Below, in pieces: positions 61,478 to 64,000 of a stretch of 64,000 nucleotides of DNA. The DNA lies in the NCBI GenBank assembly GCA_011109175.1, contig RDEW01000001.1:322395-386394 (forward strand), given 5' to 3'. Within the stretch, counting starts at the first letter, position 1, and every line of letters starts with the position of its first letter. Made by a program: the position numbers and the translations under genes. The DNA is from Dicyema japonicum (Eukaryota; Animalia; Dicyemida). The notes under the pieces were generated by a model. The model was not told where the DNA came from, did no database searches, and saw nothing but the letters and a program-made list of their open reading frames with translations.

Positions 61478-64000
61478 CTTTATTTATTTTATTTATTTAT
61501 TTTAATAACCCCGGGAACACCGAGAAAGAAAGACAAAAGAGTCAGACAGTTAGGTGATCCCAGTCCTCGCAATCACTTGTGCCATTCGACGTCTGTGATC
61601 CTCCATCGTCCCCACTACTTTCCGGAAGAGCCTTCTCTCGGTCTTGCAGAGGAATCCGATCGGGGAGGGGAATTTCTTATCCAATCGGTTTTCTCTTGCC
61701 ATGGGAAGGATTAGGCGAAGCGGATTTCCATCTTCCTCACAGAGGCGAAGAAATCCGGAGCCACGACTACGGATCTCAGCTTCCATGAGTAGTGGGTCGA
61801 CTGTTGATCCATTACGTGGGGAAAGCATACTGATTGTTTTCCGGTATATCGAGTTGATTCTTTGGACCAAAGACTCCGATAGCCCGAATCTCCATGCAAC
61901 GGAGGCATACTCAATGGCAGGCGCGATTGTTTGTTGGTAGAGTGTAGAAACGGAAAAGTCCATGTTCCTCGTGGTCCTCCGAACAAGGGCGCGTATAACG
62001 TTAACTTTCTGGAGGCCCCTGGTGATCATGTCTGTTGCGTGGGAGTTGAATTTGAGAAGGCTGTCGTACTTGACTCCAAGGACAATGGGGGACTTTGTCA
62101 CTGGAATCCTAGTGGGACCAATGAAAAGACTCGGTTCATCCTTGGAACGACGGTCCGACGTGAATGTGGAACAGATAGACTTGGTTGCAGAAATCGTTAG
62201 TCGATTGCCAGCAATCCAATCGTGGAGAATGTTCAATTTTGTCTGAGTTTTAAGGGATGCGACTTGAGTCGAGCGGTTCCGTATTGCAATGACTACGTCG
62301 TCTGCGTAGGATAATAACAGGGAATCTTCGTCTCCATCATTAGGTAGGTCGTGTAGGAAAAGGTTGAATAGAATTGGTGAAAGTGGAGACCCCTGGGGTA
62401 CCCCGTTCGGTAGTAATCGTGATCTAGATCTGAGATCACCACTGACTACTCTTCCACGTCTTCCAGACAAAAAGTTGGCCAGCCATAATTTCACATTCGG
62501 ACGAATATTAGTAGAAAAATTTTTCCAACCAAGATTTTCCTCGAAACAGTGTCAAAGGCTTTGTTGATGTCAATAGAAACCAAGATTGTGCGTTTGTGAG
62601 GCGGAGGATGGGTGTTAAAACCGTCGGCAATGAACTGCGATAAAGTTGCCAAGTATGTAGCGGTGGACCTACCGCGGAGGAAACCATGTTGAAATATAGG
62701 ACGCGGAAGATACGGAATAATGACTGATAATACAAGTTTCTCCATAATTTTTGACAGTGTGCTGGTAACGGAAATAGGCCTGTAGGATGCAGGTTCTGTC
62801 TCTGGTTTCCCAGCCTTCAATATCGGTCTGATGATAGAATTCTTCCAAATCTTAGGAATAATATTATAGTTAATGGACAGATTGTATATATGCGTGAGGT
62901 AGCCAATTGCGTAGTGGCTTAGGTGTTTTAGGTGAATAGAAGATACTTTGTCAGGCCCGCACGCCCGTGAGCTCTTTAATCTGGTGATCACATCCAAGAC
63001 TTGGTCATCTGTGAATAGTTCGTGATAAGGTTCCTTCTTCGGTTTATGGGCACGCACCTTAATGTCCAGGTGTTTCGAGAATGGTTTGAAGCTAATTCCA
63101 GCGTAATGTTTCATAAGGATGTTAGGATGTAGGTGGCATAAGTGTTCAGGAGAAGACTTTCCGGTTCCGTCTGCATCATCCAGCTCCGACTTGACTTGTT
63201 TAAGAGTTTTCCAGAAGTGTCGGGATGTACTTTTCCTGTCGAGGTGGTTAACTAGATGCTGCCATCTCTTGTCCTTGTGTTCTTTTATGCTCTGACAGAT
63301 TCTTTTATTCAGTTGTCTGAGGGCTGTCAAAGACTTCATGTCCAACAGATGGCATCTCTTCAGCCGGTCTCTTTGTTTTATAAGACTTATTGTATAAGAG
63401 CTGAGGGTAGGAATAAACTTCTTGTATGACGATATAGGAATAAAAATATGGTCAGCTTTCTGAATGGCAGCGCTGATAATTTCTGCGGCCTCGTCAATAG
63501 AGCGTATTGGGAAGGATAATCTCCCGGCCAAGAATTTATCCACAAGGTTACTGAAACCAGACCAGTCAACCTTCGTATAATCCTTGAATCTTTTTGATTC
63601 CGCCGACCGTCTCCTGTATCGTCGAAGACCTCTCAATTTTAGAAGGATTGGATTGTGGTCACTGGGAAGCCGTAAAAGACGTTCCAGGAAATGAGTCCAG
63701 CCAGAGAAGGTGAGCATAATGTTAAGTCGGGGGATGTGCAGCTATCAGTCATCCTTAATGGGGTCCTCGTATGTGAGTTAGGGTTGTTCAGTATAATCAG
63801 GTCAGGAAGATAATTTGCAATGAGTTCTCCTCGGTTATCAGAGGATTGGGAAGTGAGCCAAACTGGATGTCGTGCATTAAGATCCCCACATAACAGTAGA
63901 TTTTTCAATGTTGAAATGCGTGATAAATCAGGGGTGTAAGATGACGGACACGATCCTTGTGGAGGAATATATATATTAGCCAAATGGATCCAAAAGGATG
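61478..64000 (-). mobile_element. Near-intact APE-RT LINE (Jockey/I-like ORF2) with 3' UTR and (TAAA)n tail; continues beyond the window
   Basis: NIYIPP..LCGDLNARH..SPDLTL..SDHNPI; GPDKV; SYRPISVTS; QHGF; DINKAFDTV; GVPQGSPLSPILFN; SYADDVVI. There are only two -1 shifts, both in T runs. Confidence 0.95.

Noticed and set aside
61579-62735. Short ORFs overlapping the LINE (and similar ORFs at 5113, 7510, 23608, 58208)
   Set aside because: They are antisense or alternative-frame shadows of retrotransposon coding sequence.

Overview
AT-rich eukaryotic genomic DNA, not prokaryotic. Its genes have 22-29 bp GT-AG micro-introns and it carries metazoan-type hAT, pogo and Tc1 transposons, which points by inference to a compact-genome parasitic animal such as a myxozoan. 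Most of the window is degraded mobile elements: non-LTR retrotransposons of the NeSL/R4-like, CRE-like, RTE-like and Jockey/I-like types, Tigger/pogo, hAT, Tc1/IS630 and Gypsy fragments. The host content is a multi-copy family of signal-peptide, LAMP-fold-like surface glycoprotein genes that the ORF track misses because of the micro-introns. Two 2-domain type I transmembrane copies lie in the arms of a >=12.9 kb palindrome (1-12908). Four copies of a second subfamily (28.1, 35.8, 46.3 and 53.3 kb) have 1, 3, 3 and 1 domains built from ~692-bp exon cassettes and end in a GPI-signal-like tail; three of them lie in segmental or tandem duplication blocks. The units look mosaic, which suggests a recombining, variable surface-protein repertoire (inference). 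A nearly intact APE-RT LINE runs off the right end. Gene models were spliced by hand. Identities are estimated by eye, and several frameshifts fall in homopolymers, so they may be assembly errors.
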